From Thermoplasmatota archaeon (GTDB taxonomy: Archaea; Thermoplasmatota; DTKX01; DATEUP01): DNA of 57,906 nt. The stretch lies in contig DATEUP010000100.1 of the NCBI GenBank assembly GCA_035283065.1, forward strand, positions 1 to 57,906. The letters run 5' to 3'. Below are positions 16,712 through 25,508 of this stretch, piece after piece (the stretch's first letter is position 1; each line of letters begins with the position of its first letter). The notes beneath the pieces are model-generated. The model had not been told where the DNA came from, did no database searches, and saw only the letters and a program-made list of their open reading frames with translations. The position numbers and the translations under genes are program-made.

Positions 16712-19700
16712 CTACCCCTCCGTCGAGCTCCCGACATCCGCGCTCTCGATCATGCGGATGCGCCCCTCATCGAACCGGTAGAGGGCGCGCGGGCGCTTGA
16801 GCACGACGTCCGTAAGGTTCGCGATCGCAATCTCGCCGAGGAAGTCCTCCGTCCTTGAGATGTCGCGCATGACAAGGACGCCGTCGACGGACTTGTCCGC
16901 GTTGTGCTGGTCGTCGCGCTCTTGGACGAGGATGAGGTCGCAGTTCGCGCCGCGCACGAGGTCCCGCTGGAGGGTCTCAACCAGGGACTTGTACTCGATC
17001 CCGTACTTGCGGGCAAGGGAATCGGCGCGGTCAACGACGATGACGAGCTTGCTCGGCAGGAGGCGCTCGACGGCGTCGTAGAGGTTCACGATCTCGGCCA
17101 TCGCCGGGTTGAGGGCAAGGAGCCTGGCGATGCGCTCCGTGTTGATCCGGTAGGTCTTCGGCCGGTCGAGGACGGGCGGCAGCGCGCCCGGGGGCAGGTC
17201 GCCTTTCAGCGAACGGACGGCGTCGACGAGCTTCTGGCGCGCGGCCCGCGCGTCCGCGCCGGGCGGCTGGAGGATTGCGTCGGGTGTGTTCGGCCGGTTG
17301 AAGAGCAGGAAGTCCTGGAGGCGCTTCTCGCCAACCCAGGCGTAGGCGTCGTGGAGGCGTTTGTCCGGCTCGTGGGTGAAGAGCAGGAGGACCTCGTCGT
17401 CGAAGTTCGCGAGGGCCTCGGCGAGCTCAAGGGCGAAGTTGCTCTTGCCCGTGCGCCGCTTGCCGTTGATGATGAGCGAGCGGCCGTTCGGCTTGTTGAG
17501 GTAGTTGAGGAGCTCCGAGGGCAGCGAGATCCGGCCCTTCGCCAGGGCGCGCCTGGCGGAGGCCTGCTGGGTTGCCGATTCGTCGAGCTTGCGCAGGGGG
17601 GCGAGGTCGGAGCCCGAGGAGGAGAGGACGGAGATCCGCTCCTCAAGGTCGCGCCTTGAGGCTTGCGTGCCCGACGGGGTCGCCGCCTGCGGTGCCATCG
17701 GCGGGCCGGGCCCGGGGGCCGCGGAGGCTAGGGAGGCGTGGGGCGCCTGGAGGGGCACAGGCCCCGAGGCGCCGGCGGTCGAGGATGTGGGCGTTTGCGG
17801 CGCGGCCTGCGGGGGCGCGGGCTGGTTCTGGACGGCCGCGGCCGCGCGCGCCGCCATGGAAGCCGCGCCCTTGGCCTCCGCGCGCGTCTTGTTGAGGTCG
17901 AGGCGCACGCCCTCGATCTCCTCCATCGCGAAACGCAGCTGGAGTTCGATCTCGTTGCGCTGCCGGCGCTCCTTGTCGACCTGCTGCTGGACGTCGGAAA
18001 GCGCCTGGTCCTTCGCACGGACGAGCTTGTTGGCCTCGAGCGCGTCGACCTTTGCGCGCTCAAGGTCCGTGGCGAGGTGCTTGATCTCCGCGGAGACGTC
18101 GGCCCCCGGGGACGCCGAGAGCGAGACCTTCGCCATGTCGGTCTGGAGCTTGGTGATCTCGCGGTCCATCCGGTCGACCGTCTCCTGGTCGCGGTCGCGC
18201 TGCCGCTCGGCCTGGGTGAGCGCATCGCGGACGTGCTGGAGCTCCTCCATCTGCTCCTGGAGCTTGAGCTGGGTCTCCTGGCGGCGGCGCTCCTCGTCGC
18301 GCAGGTTCGTGAGCGCCCGGTCGAGCTGCTGTTCCTTCGAGGCGCGGTCGGACTCCGCGACCTGGCGCGCCTTGTCGTTGGCCTCAGCGGAGACCTTGAG
18401 CTGCTTGACGGAGTCCTCGAGGCGCCGGGCCTCCTGCTCGACTTTGCCGCGGGCCTGGACTTCGCGCTCGACCTGCGTGCGGGCCTCTTCGAGGGCCACC
18501 TGCGTGCGCTTCGTGAGTGTCTCCTGCGTCTTTAGCGTCTCGCGTTCCTTGTTGAGCGAGGTGTTCAGCGACGCGATGTCTTTCGTCTGCTTGTCGAAGT
18601 GCTCCTGGATGACGTTGCGCTTCAGGGTGTCCGCCTCGACCTCGCGCTCGAGAGTGAGGACGGCCTCCTCGAGCTCCTTCATGCGCCCTTCGCTCACCTC
18701 GCGCCGCCTCTTCTGCTCGTCGAGCTGGCGCTTGAGGACCTCGAGCTCCTTGTCTTCGGCCTGGAGCTTCTTCGTGAGCTTGAGGGACTCGCCGCGGGCG
18801 ACCTCGAGGCTCGCCTCGAGCTCGACCATCTTGGCCTCGCCGCCCGAAAGGAGTCTCTCGAGTTCCTCGCCCCGGGTCGTCTGCCGCTTGAGCTCTTCCT
18901 CGGCCTCCAGGAGGCCCCGCTTGGCCTCCTCGAGCGCGCGCTCGGCGCGCTGCCTTAGCGAGATTTCCTCGTGGAGCTTGCGCTCATAGCGCTCGAGCTC
19001 GCCTTTGCGCTGCGCCGCCTCCTTCTCCTGGACTTCGCGCCGCTGGGACTCCTCCGCAAGGCGCGCCTTGAGGGTGGAGGCCTCTTCGACCGCGGAGCGC
19101 AGCGAGGTCTCGAGGGCCGAGAGCTTCTTGCGAGCGTCCTCCTCGGATTCGCGCATCCGCTGGGCCGCGTCGCGGGCCTCCTTGATCTCGGCCTCGAGCC
19201 GCTCCTGGTCCTCCTGCAGGACCGATTCGTGGGCCTCGAGCGCCTGCCGCTGCTGCTGGAGCTGGCCCATTTCCGCCTGCATCTCCTGCTCGACTTCGAG
19301 GAAGGACCGCTCGCGGGCGGCGGACTCGTCGCGGAACTTGAGGAGTTCCTTGAGTTTCAGGTCGAGGGCGTCCTTCTCCTCCCGCAGCTGCTTCTCGGTC
19401 TCGCCCTGGCGGGCTTTGAGCGCCCGCGCGCCCTGGAGCTCCTCCTGGAGAGAGGCCTCCTGCTGGTCGAGGCTCGCCTGGCGGGCGCGCAGCTCCTCGG
19501 AGAGTTGGACGAGCTGGTCGTTGAACGACTTGAGCTGGCGGTCGCGCTCCTTCGCGCTGATCTCGCCTTTGGAAAACCGCGCCTCGACGTCCTTCTTGCT
19601 CTTCTCGAGTTCTTCCGCGTCGTCGCGCATTTTGCGCTTGCGGCCCTCGAGATCCGTGACCTGGGCGGCAATCGCGTTTTCCCGGTCGGCCATGCCCGCT

Positions 19701-20077
19701 TCGCGGCGCCGGATCTCCATCTCGCGGCGCTCGATCTCGCGCAGCCGGTCGGCGGCCTGCAGCGCGGCTTCGTTGCCCTTGGCCTTCGCGTCGGCCTGGA
19801 GCCGCGACTTGAATGTCTGGAGGCGCGCCTCCCGGTCGGCGAGCTTCTTCAAGGTGGCGTCGAGGTCCGTGCGCCGCCTCTGCCTCTCGCTCGTGACCTG
19901 GGAGAGCTCCTGCTCCTTCTGGGCGGAGGTCTCCTCGACCTGCTTGCGGATTTCGGCCGACTGGGCGAGCTGCTTGTGGAGGGGGTCGGTCTTCGCGAGG
20001 AAGGACTTCTCGAGGATCTGGCCAAGCTGGGCTTCGTCGAGCGCAGCCACGTCGACGCCGCGCATGGCCTCGGGCAT
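16712..20077 (-). CDS. Giant coiled-coil protein (about 750 aa) with a Pro/Ala-rich linker and a C-terminal KaiC/GvpD-like P-loop ATPase domain.
   Basis: 1121 aa. The C-terminus has SLPSELLNYLNKPNGRSLIINGKRRTGKSNFALELAEAL (an intact GxxxxGKS), the Walker-B-like KLVIVVDRAD, and ends DGVLVMRD...YRFDEGRIRMI. Confidence 0.8.
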   Translation of the reverse strand: MPEAMRGVDVAALDEAQLGQILEKSFLAKTDPLHKQLAQSAEIRKQVEETSAQKEQELSQVTSERQRRRTDLDATLKKLADREARLQTFKSRLQADAKAKGNEAALQAADRLREIERREMEIRRREAGMADRENAIAAQVTDLEGRKRKMRDDAEELEKSKKDVEARFSKGEISAKERDRQLKSFNDQLVQLSEELRARQASLDQQEASLQEELQGARALKARQGETEKQLREEKDALDLKLKELLKFRDESAARERSFLEVEQEMQAEMGQLQQQRQALEAHESVLQEDQERLEAEIKEARDAAQRMRESEEDARKKLSALETSLRSAVEEASTLKARLAEESQRREVQEKEAAQRKGELERYERKLHEEISLRQRAERALEEAKRGLLEAEEELKRQTTRGEELERLLSGGEAKMVELEASLEVARGESLKLTKKLQAEDKELEVLKRQLDEQKRRREVSEGRMKELEEAVLTLEREVEADTLKRNVIQEHFDKQTKDIASLNTSLNKERETLKTQETLTKRTQVALEEARTQVEREVQARGKVEQEARRLEDSVKQLKVSAEANDKARQVAESDRASKEQQLDRALTNLRDEERRRQETQLKLQEQMEELQHVRDALTQAERQRDRDQETVDRMDREITKLQTDMAKVSLSASPGADVSAEIKHLATDLERAKVDALEANKLVRAKDQALSDVQQQVDKERRQRNEIELQLRFAMEEIEGVRLDLNKTRAEAKGAASMAARAAAAVQNQPAPPQAAPQTPTSSTAGASGPVPLQAPHASLASAAPGPGPPMAPQAATPSGTQASRRDLEERISVLSSSGSDLAPLRKLDESATQQASARRALAKGRISLPSELLNYLNKPNGRSLIINGKRRTGKSNFALELAEALANFDDEVLLLFTHEPDKRLHDAYAWVGEKRLQDFLLFNRPNTPDAILQPPGADARAARQKLVDAVRSLKGDLPPGALPPVLDRPKTYRINTERIARLLALNPAMAEIVNLYDAVERLLPSKLVIVVDRADSLARKYGIEYKSLVETLQRDLVRGANCDLILVQERDDQHNADKSVDGVLVMRDISRTEDFLGEIAIANLTDVVLKRPRALYRFDEGRIRMIESADVGSSTEG

Positions 20078-20279
20078 CTCCTCCTGCGCGGCCTTCGGGC
20101 GCTTGGCCGCCCCGGGGGGCGGCGCGTCGTCCTTGGAATCGGGCGTGCTTTTCCCCCCTAGAAGCGCTGGCGCTCCACCCTGCTGGAGACTCGGGTTTTC
20201 AACCCGCGCCGGTTATAATAGTGTTGCCCCGCGAGTCGGCCCCTCGCGATTCAGGAAGCTGGCCGGGCAGCGGGAAGGC

Positions 20280-20657
20280 TTGAGTAAGCGGGGGGAATTC
20301 GCGGGGAGCGGGCGGGGGAGGAAGTCCTTAAGCGCGAAGCGGCCGGCGCGCCGGTACATCGGCCTCATCTATGCGCCGGCGAGCGCGACACGCCGGGAGG
20401 TCACGCGCGCAATCGAGGAGGCATGGTCGCGAAAGGGCCCTAAGGGCCCCGCGCCTGCGCCCCGCCTCCTCGTGTGCGAGGGCGGGCGGGCGATCGTGGC
20501 CGTCCCGCGGGAACTTGCCGCAAGCGCGAGGCTCGCAACGGACGCGCCTCCCCCCGCGGCGGGGGGCCTTTCGCTCTCGCCCGTCGTGACTTCCGGCACG
20601 GTGGCGGCAGTCAAGGCGCGGCTCGGCCTGCGCTCCCCGCGGCCTCGGCCCCGCTAG
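20280..20657 (+). CDS. rnp2: RNase P protein component 2 (Pop5/Rnp2).
   Basis: Only the last 125 codons of track ORF 19005-20657 look real: (L)SKRG...RRYIGLIYAPASATRREVTRAIEEAW...LLVCEGGRAIVAVPRELAASARLA...PVVTSGTVAAVKARLGL. This matches the Pop5 pattern (RY-hydrophobic strand ... GIVRC-like strand ... SGT..K). The TTG at 20280 is the only in-frame start. Its position upstream of psmA is typical. Confidence 0.6.
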   Translation: MSKRGEFAGSGRGRKSLSAKRPARRYIGLIYAPASATRREVTRAIEEAWSRKGPKGPAPAPRLLVCEGGRAIVAVPRELAASARLATDAPPPAAGGLSLSPVVTSGTVAAVKARLGLRSPRPRPR

Positions 20658-20715
20658 GGGCCCGGCGCGAACCTATTTGCCCGCCCTCAGTCCTCGGTCG
20701 GCTGGCGGGCCCCCC

Positions 20716-21615
20716 ATGGCAACCGGCGACCCGCTGCTCGATTTCGCCCTGGGGCTCCGCAGCGACGCGCTCACCCCCATCATGCGCGCGCTTTCCGACC
20801 TGAATTCCCAGTACGCCTACCTCGTGGCAATTCCCGTGCTTTACTGGCTCCTCTCGCGGCGGGTCGGCTTCGCGCTCCTGCTTGCCGACGCCGCGGCGAC
20901 CTCGGCGACGGTTATCATGAAAGACGGCTTCGCGCTTGCGCGTCCGCCGGACGCGGGCGAGACCGCGTGGCTTTCAAGCGCCGAGGGCTACGGCTTCCCG
21001 AGCGGGCACACCTCGGCCGCGTCCACGACCTGGGGGACGCTTGCGGCGAAGCTCCGCAAGGCGCCGGTCGCGCTTGCGGGGGCGGCGGTCACGGTTGCCG
21101 TCGGCCTCTCGAGGATGTACCTCGGGGTCCACTACGGCCGGGACGTCGTGGGCGGCGCGCTCCTCGGCCTTGCGGTGGGGCTCTTCGTGCTCCTTGCCGC
21201 GCCCTCCCTTGAGGGCCGCATCCGCGCGGCGCGCCCCGCGCAGCGCTTCGCTCTTGCAGCTGTCCTGCCCGCGCTCCTCCTGGCCAACACATCGAGGGAG
21301 GGCGTCGTGATCGTCTGCGCGGCGACCGGCGCGGTCTTCGGCCACCTGGCGGCCGATGAGCTTGGGGCGAAGTGGACGCTGAAGACCGGCGACCCGAGGA
21401 CGCTCCCGGTGTTCGGGCTCGCGCGCATGGCGATCGGCCTGCCCGTCCTCGGGCTCCTGGCCCTCGGGCTCGGCTCGCCCTCGTCGTCCGACGTGCTCGC
21501 GCTCGCGCTGCGCTTCACGCTCCTCGGCGCGTTCATGACGCTCTTGGGCCCGCGTGTGTTCAATGCGGCGGAATCCAAACTGCCGGCGCGCCTGCGTGGA
21601 CGGGCCACGACCTAG
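20716..21615 (+). CDS. PAP2-family membrane phosphatase with extra C-terminal TM segments.
   Basis: It has the PAP2 motifs KDGFALARP, PSGHTSAA and SRMYLGVHYGRDVVGGALLG. The start is ATG 20716 (MATGDPLLDF) or TTG 20677. Confidence 0.8.
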   Translation: MATGDPLLDFALGLRSDALTPIMRALSDLNSQYAYLVAIPVLYWLLSRRVGFALLLADAAATSATVIMKDGFALARPPDAGETAWLSSAEGYGFPSGHTSAASTTWGTLAAKLRKAPVALAGAAVTVAVGLSRMYLGVHYGRDVVGGALLGLAVGLFVLLAAPSLEGRIRAARPAQRFALAAVLPALLLANTSREGVVIVCAATGAVFGHLAADELGAKWTLKTGDPRTLPVFGLARMAIGLPVLGLLALGLGSPSSSDVLALALRFTLLGAFMTLLGPRVFNAAESKLPARLRGRATT

Positions 21616-21660
21616 TCATTAAATCGCGGGCCTAGCCAATCCTTTTGTGCAGGCGGCCTG

Positions 21661-22440
21661 ATGCCGCCGGCCGAGGGTTCTGCGATGCAAGCTGGACAAA
21701 TGGCGTATGACCGCGCGATCACGGTGTTCTCCCCCGACGGCCGCCTGTTCCAGGTCGAGTACGCCCGGGAAGCCGTCAAGCGCGGCACGACGACGATCGG
21801 GCTGAAGTTCAAGGACGGCGTCGCCCTCATCATCGACAAGCGCGTCTCCTCGCGGCTCATCGAGCCCTTCTCGATTGAGAAGATCTTCGTCATCGACGAC
21901 CACATCGGCTGCGCGACCTCGGGGCTCGTCGCCGACGCCCGCGTCCTCGTCGACCGCGCGCGGGTCGAGGCCCAGGTCAACAAGATCACGTACGACGAGA
22001 CGATTCCCGTCGACATGCTCGTGAAGAAGATCTGCGACTTCAAGCAGAACTTCACGCAGTACGGCGGCGTCCGGCCCTTCGGGACCTCTCTCCTCATCGC
22101 GGGCGTGGACTCGGCGGGGACGCACCTCTTCGAGACCGACCCCTCGGGCGCGCTCATGGCCTACAAGGCCGGCTCGATCGGCTCGGGCCGCAACGAGGCG
22201 ATGGCCGTCTTCGACGAGAAGTACAAGGAGGACCTGAAGCGCGACGAGGCCGTGGCGCTCGGCCTCGAGGCCCTCGCGAAGGCCACCGAGGGGGAGATCT
22301 CGGAGGTCTCCGTCGAGATCGGGCTCATCGAGAAGGGGAAGCGCTTCCGCAAACTCGACCCCGACGAGGTTTCTAAGTACGTGAAGCAGTACCTGAAGGC
22401 GCATGAGGGTGACCCGAAGCCCGAAAAGAAGCCCGAGTGA
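21661..22440 (+). CDS. psmA: Proteasome subunit alpha.
   Basis: [35 protein letters not shown] is the alpha-subunit signature. 259 aa. Confidence 0.95.
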   Translation: MPPAEGSAMQAGQMAYDRAITVFSPDGRLFQVEYAREAVKRGTTTIGLKFKDGVALIIDKRVSSRLIEPFSIEKIFVIDDHIGCATSGLVADARVLVDRARVEAQVNKITYDETIPVDMLVKKICDFKQNFTQYGGVRPFGTSLLIAGVDSAGTHLFETDPSGALMAYKAGSIGSGRNEAMAVFDEKYKEDLKRDEAVALGLEALAKATEGEISEVSVEIGLIEKGKRFRKLDPDEVSKYVKQYLKAHEGDPKPEKKPE

Positions 22441-22476
22441 GGTCGGCCTCACCGGGCCCCTCGAGGGGGGCGCCTT

Positions 22477-23181
22477 GTGGTAAGCGTCGAGGACGCGGTC
22501 GTCGCGCGCTTCGAGAGCCACGGCGAGCGCTTCGAGATCCTCGTCGACCCGAAGATCACCGAAAAGCTCGCGCCGGACGGCTCGAACCTCTCGGACCTCC
22601 TTGCGGCCGACAAGATCTTCAAGGACGCGCGCAAGGGCTCGCAGGCCTCGAGCGAATCGCTGCAGAAGATCTTCAACACGACGGACTTCACCGCCTGCGT
22701 CCGCCACATCCTCAAGAAGGGCGAGGTCCAGCTCACGACCGACCAGCGGCGCGAGCTCACGGAGGCCATGCGGAAGAAGGTCGTTGCCGAGATCGTGAGG
22801 AACGCGATCAACCCGCAGACGAAGGGCCCGCACCCGCCGCAGCGGATCGAGACCGCGATGGCGGAGGCGCGGGTGCACATCGACCCCTTCAAGCCCGTCG
22901 AGGCCCAGGTGAAGGAGGTCATCGACGCGATCAAGCCGCTCATCCCGATCCGGGTCGAGCGCGCGCAGCTTGCGATCCGCGTCTCGGGCGAGAACTACGG
23001 GAGGATCTACAACGACCTCCACGGGATGGGCACGGTCAAGAAGGAGGAGTGGACGGGCGGGGGCGCGTGGATCGGGGTCCTCGAGGTGCCCGCCGGCATG
23101 GTCGGCGACGTGATCGACCGGCTGAACGAGCGCACAAAGGGCGACGTCGAGGTGCGCAAGCTCGACAAGCATGTCGTGTGA
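22477..23181 (+). CDS. sdo1: Ribosome maturation protein SBDS/Sdo1.
   Basis: 234 aa. [19 protein letters not shown] is the typical archaeal SBDS N-terminus. It lies between psmA and the exosome genes. Confidence 0.9.
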   Translation: MVSVEDAVVARFESHGERFEILVDPKITEKLAPDGSNLSDLLAADKIFKDARKGSQASSESLQKIFNTTDFTACVRHILKKGEVQLTTDQRRELTEAMRKKVVAEIVRNAINPQTKGPHPPQRIETAMAEARVHIDPFKPVEAQVKEVIDAIKPLIPIRVERAQLAIRVSGENYGRIYNDLHGMGTVKKEEWTGGGAWIGVLEVPAGMVGDVIDRLNERTKGDVEVRKLDKHVV

Positions 23182-23191
23182 GGCGCGTGCG

Positions 23192-24280
23192 TCAGCGCCG
23201 CCGGAGGCCGGCAAGCCGCGCGGCCGGGCGGTGGGCGGCGGCGGCGAGCCGGACTTTGACCTCGACGGGCGCGAAGCGGTAGGCAAGGGCCGCGCCCGCG
23301 GCCACCGCCACGCCCGCGGCCCAGAGGAGCCCGGCCTGCGAGCCGGGAGGCGCCGCGGGGACGGGGTTTCGGCCGCCGGCGGCGGCCACGGGGTCGACGG
23401 CAAACGCGCAGCCCGAGAAGTCCGCGAACTCGCCGGAGGGCGAGGAGCCGTTCCACAGGGCGGGCGGCGCGATGAGGATCTCCTCAAGCTCGGAGGGCGC
23501 GAAGGTGTAGCGCTCGGCGCCGGTCCGCAGGACGGCGAAGTCGTCCTCGATGCGGATGCCGAAGCACCCCTCCAGGTACACGCCGGGCTCGACGGCCACG
23601 ACGTCGTTGCGGGCGGTGATGAGCACGTCGTCGGAGTCGGGGCAAAGCATGGGCGGCACGTGGACGTAGAGGCCGACACCGTGGCCGAGGCAGTGGATGA
23701 AGAACTCGCCGTACCCCTTCGAGTCGATGAAGGTGCGCGCAAGGGAATCGAGGTCGCGCGCGAGCGCCCCGGACTGCACGGCGGCGCTTGCAAGCGTTTG
23801 CGCCTCCTTGACGACGCCGTAGATCTCGACAAATTCCTCGGGCGGGTTTGGCCCCATGAAGTAGGTCTTCGTGTTGTCGCTCACCCAGCCCTTGTAGCGC
23901 GCGCCGATGTCCACGACGACGACTTCGCCGGGCAGGATCAGGTTCGCCGCGTCGTCCGACGGTTCGCCGTGGGGGATTGCCGAGGCGGGCCCGGAGGCGA
24001 CGATCGCCTCAAAACCCGCGACGTACTCGGATGAGCCGTTTTCGACCATCGCGCGTGAGAGGGCCGCGACGACGTCGGCCTCGGTCACGGGGACCTCGAA
24101 GGCGCGGGCAAGGGCGTCGCGGGCCGCGGCCTGGCCGAGGTCGGAGAGGCGCGCCGACTCGCGGATGAGCTCGCGCTTGACAACCGACGGGGCGTCGGGG
24201 GCCCCGCTCGCCGAAAGGGCGGGGCCGGCGGCAAGAAGGGCGATGAGCAGGAGGCACAGGGAGGCGGCGGGCCGGCCCAT
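23192..24280 (-). CDS. M24-family metallopeptidase (Xaa-Pro/creatinase fold) with a signal peptide and a C-terminal TM segment.
   Basis: The pita-bread metal ligand contexts are VVVDIGARYKGWVSD, HCLGHGVG, VVAVEPGVY and GIRIEDD. The N-terminus is MGRPAASLCLLLIALLAAGPALSASG and the C-terminus is LLWAAGVAVAAGAALAY plus a basic tail. Confidence 0.8.
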   Translation of the reverse strand: MGRPAASLCLLLIALLAAGPALSASGAPDAPSVVKRELIRESARLSDLGQAAARDALARAFEVPVTEADVVAALSRAMVENGSSEYVAGFEAIVASGPASAIPHGEPSDDAANLILPGEVVVVDIGARYKGWVSDNTKTYFMGPNPPEEFVEIYGVVKEAQTLASAAVQSGALARDLDSLARTFIDSKGYGEFFIHCLGHGVGLYVHVPPMLCPDSDDVLITARNDVVAVEPGVYLEGCFGIRIEDDFAVLRTGAERYTFAPSELEEILIAPPALWNGSSPSGEFADFSGCAFAVDPVAAAGGRNPVPAAPPGSQAGLLWAAGVAVAAGAALAYRFAPVEVKVRLAAAAHRPAARLAGLRRR

Positions 24281-24588
24281 CGCGCCCGTGTTTGGGGGGC
24301 CGTCGCATCAACCTTTGCCTGGGGTCAAGGGGGCTGCCGCTCCGATTCGTTTCCTCACGGCGTGTGGCAAACCCTTATCTGCCGCTGCCGGTTTGCCCGG
24401 CTTTGAAAGCGAGAGACGACGACTGAAGCGCGCCCTTGCCGCGGGGTCTAGGTGCCCTGCGCCTTTGAGCCCCTCGGGGGCTTTTTGTAAGGCGCGAGAC
24501 GAAGGAAGGCAACCGGATGAAGACCGTCCGCCGATTGGCTCCCTTGAGGGCCCCCGCGCCAAGGCGCGGGGCGCCCGGTCGCTCTCCC

Positions 24589-24599
24589 GTTTAGAAGAA
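24589..24599 (+). promoter_or_regulatory. Putative TATA-like element for the rrp4-rrp41-rrp42 unit.
   Basis: GTTTAGAAGAA lies about 30 nt upstream of the GTG at 24625. Confidence 0.35.
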
Positions 24600-24624
24600 C
24601 CGGGGCGGCGAGAAAGGGATTCCT

Positions 24625-25458
24625 GTGGAAAGCGTGGAAGTGGCAAGCGAAGGGGCAGGCGCGCCGGTCAAAGTCCGGTTTGTCCTGCCTGGTGATGCGA
24701 TCGAACTCAACGGGCTCAAGGCGGGCCCGGGCACTTACGAAGAGGGGGGCAAGGCGTTCGCCTCGCTCGTCGGGCTTGCGCTCGCGCACAAGGGCGTCCT
24801 TACGGTCGTGCCGCTCTCGGGCGTCTACAACGCGCGCCAGGGCGACGTCGTGATCGGCCATGTGCTCGACCTCGGGCCCTCGAACTGGACCGTGGACATC
24901 CGGGCGAGCCAGCCCACGTCCCTCCACGTGAACGACGTGCCTTGGAAGGTCGATTTCGGCGACACGGCGCGCTATGTCGACGTGGGCGAGGCCGTCCTTT
25001 GCAAGGTCTTCAAGGTCGATGAAGTGAAGCGCGTCTTCCTGACGCTGAGTGGCCCGGGCCTCCGCAAGCTCGAGGGCGGGCAAGTCGTCGAGGTCCCGCA
25101 CACGAAGGTCGCGCACATCGCAGGGAAGCGCGGCGAGAGGCTCGAGAAGATCAAGAAGTGGACGAACTGCCGGATCTACGCGGCCGCAAACGGGCGCGTG
25201 TGGGTTGACGGCGACCTGAAAGACATGGAAGTCGCCGTAGGGGCGATCCGCCTCATCGAGCGCGAGGCGAACGCGCCGGGGCTTTCCGATTCGCTCGACG
25301 CGTACCTGAAGGAGCACGGGCGGGAGCCCGCGCCCGAGGCGCAGGCCTCCGCGGGGTTCGGCACGGCCGACGAGGCGAAGGCCCAGGTTGGCGCCGCGCA
25401 GGGCGAGGACGGAGAAGAGACGAAGCGGCGCGAGAGCGCCGCGAAGGAGGAGGAATAG
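24625..25458 (+). CDS. rrp4: Exosome complex RNA-binding protein Rrp4 (S1 + KH).
   Basis: The S1 segment is GDVVIGHVLDLGPSNWTVDI. The KH segment is HIAGKRGERLEKIKKWTNCRIYAAANGRVWV. The tail is acidic. Confidence 0.9.
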   Translation: MESVEVASEGAGAPVKVRFVLPGDAIELNGLKAGPGTYEEGGKAFASLVGLALAHKGVLTVVPLSGVYNARQGDVVIGHVLDLGPSNWTVDIRASQPTSLHVNDVPWKVDFGDTARYVDVGEAVLCKVFKVDEVKRVFLTLSGPGLRKLEGGQVVEVPHTKVAHIAGKRGERLEKIKKWTNCRIYAAANGRVWVDGDLKDMEVAVGAIRLIEREANAPGLSDSLDAYLKEHGREPAPEAQASAGFGTADEAKAQVGAAQGEDGEETKRRESAAKEEE

Positions 25459-25508
25459 GGCCGCCTTTCGGCTGCCCTTGACTCTCACAAAACGTTGGAG
25501 GAATACTC

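Noticed and set aside
19005-20279. The first about 425 codons of plus-strand ORF 19005-20657.
   Set aside because: It is antisense to the coiled-coil gene. It is an S/R/A-rich shadow of GAG/CTC-rich heptad codons. Only the last 125 codons, downstream of the coiled-coil gene's start, look like a real protein (Pop5).
21619-23832. A 737-aa minus-strand ORF across psmA and sdo1.
   Set aside because: It is antisense to two unmistakable conserved genes, has R/P/L/D-rich composition and contains no domains.
24308-24646. A 112-aa minus-strand ORF inside the long spacer upstream of rrp4.
   Set aside because: Its composition is R/P/S/G-rich. It overlaps the rrp4 start, has no SD or TATA context and contains no motif. 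I treat the region as non-coding.
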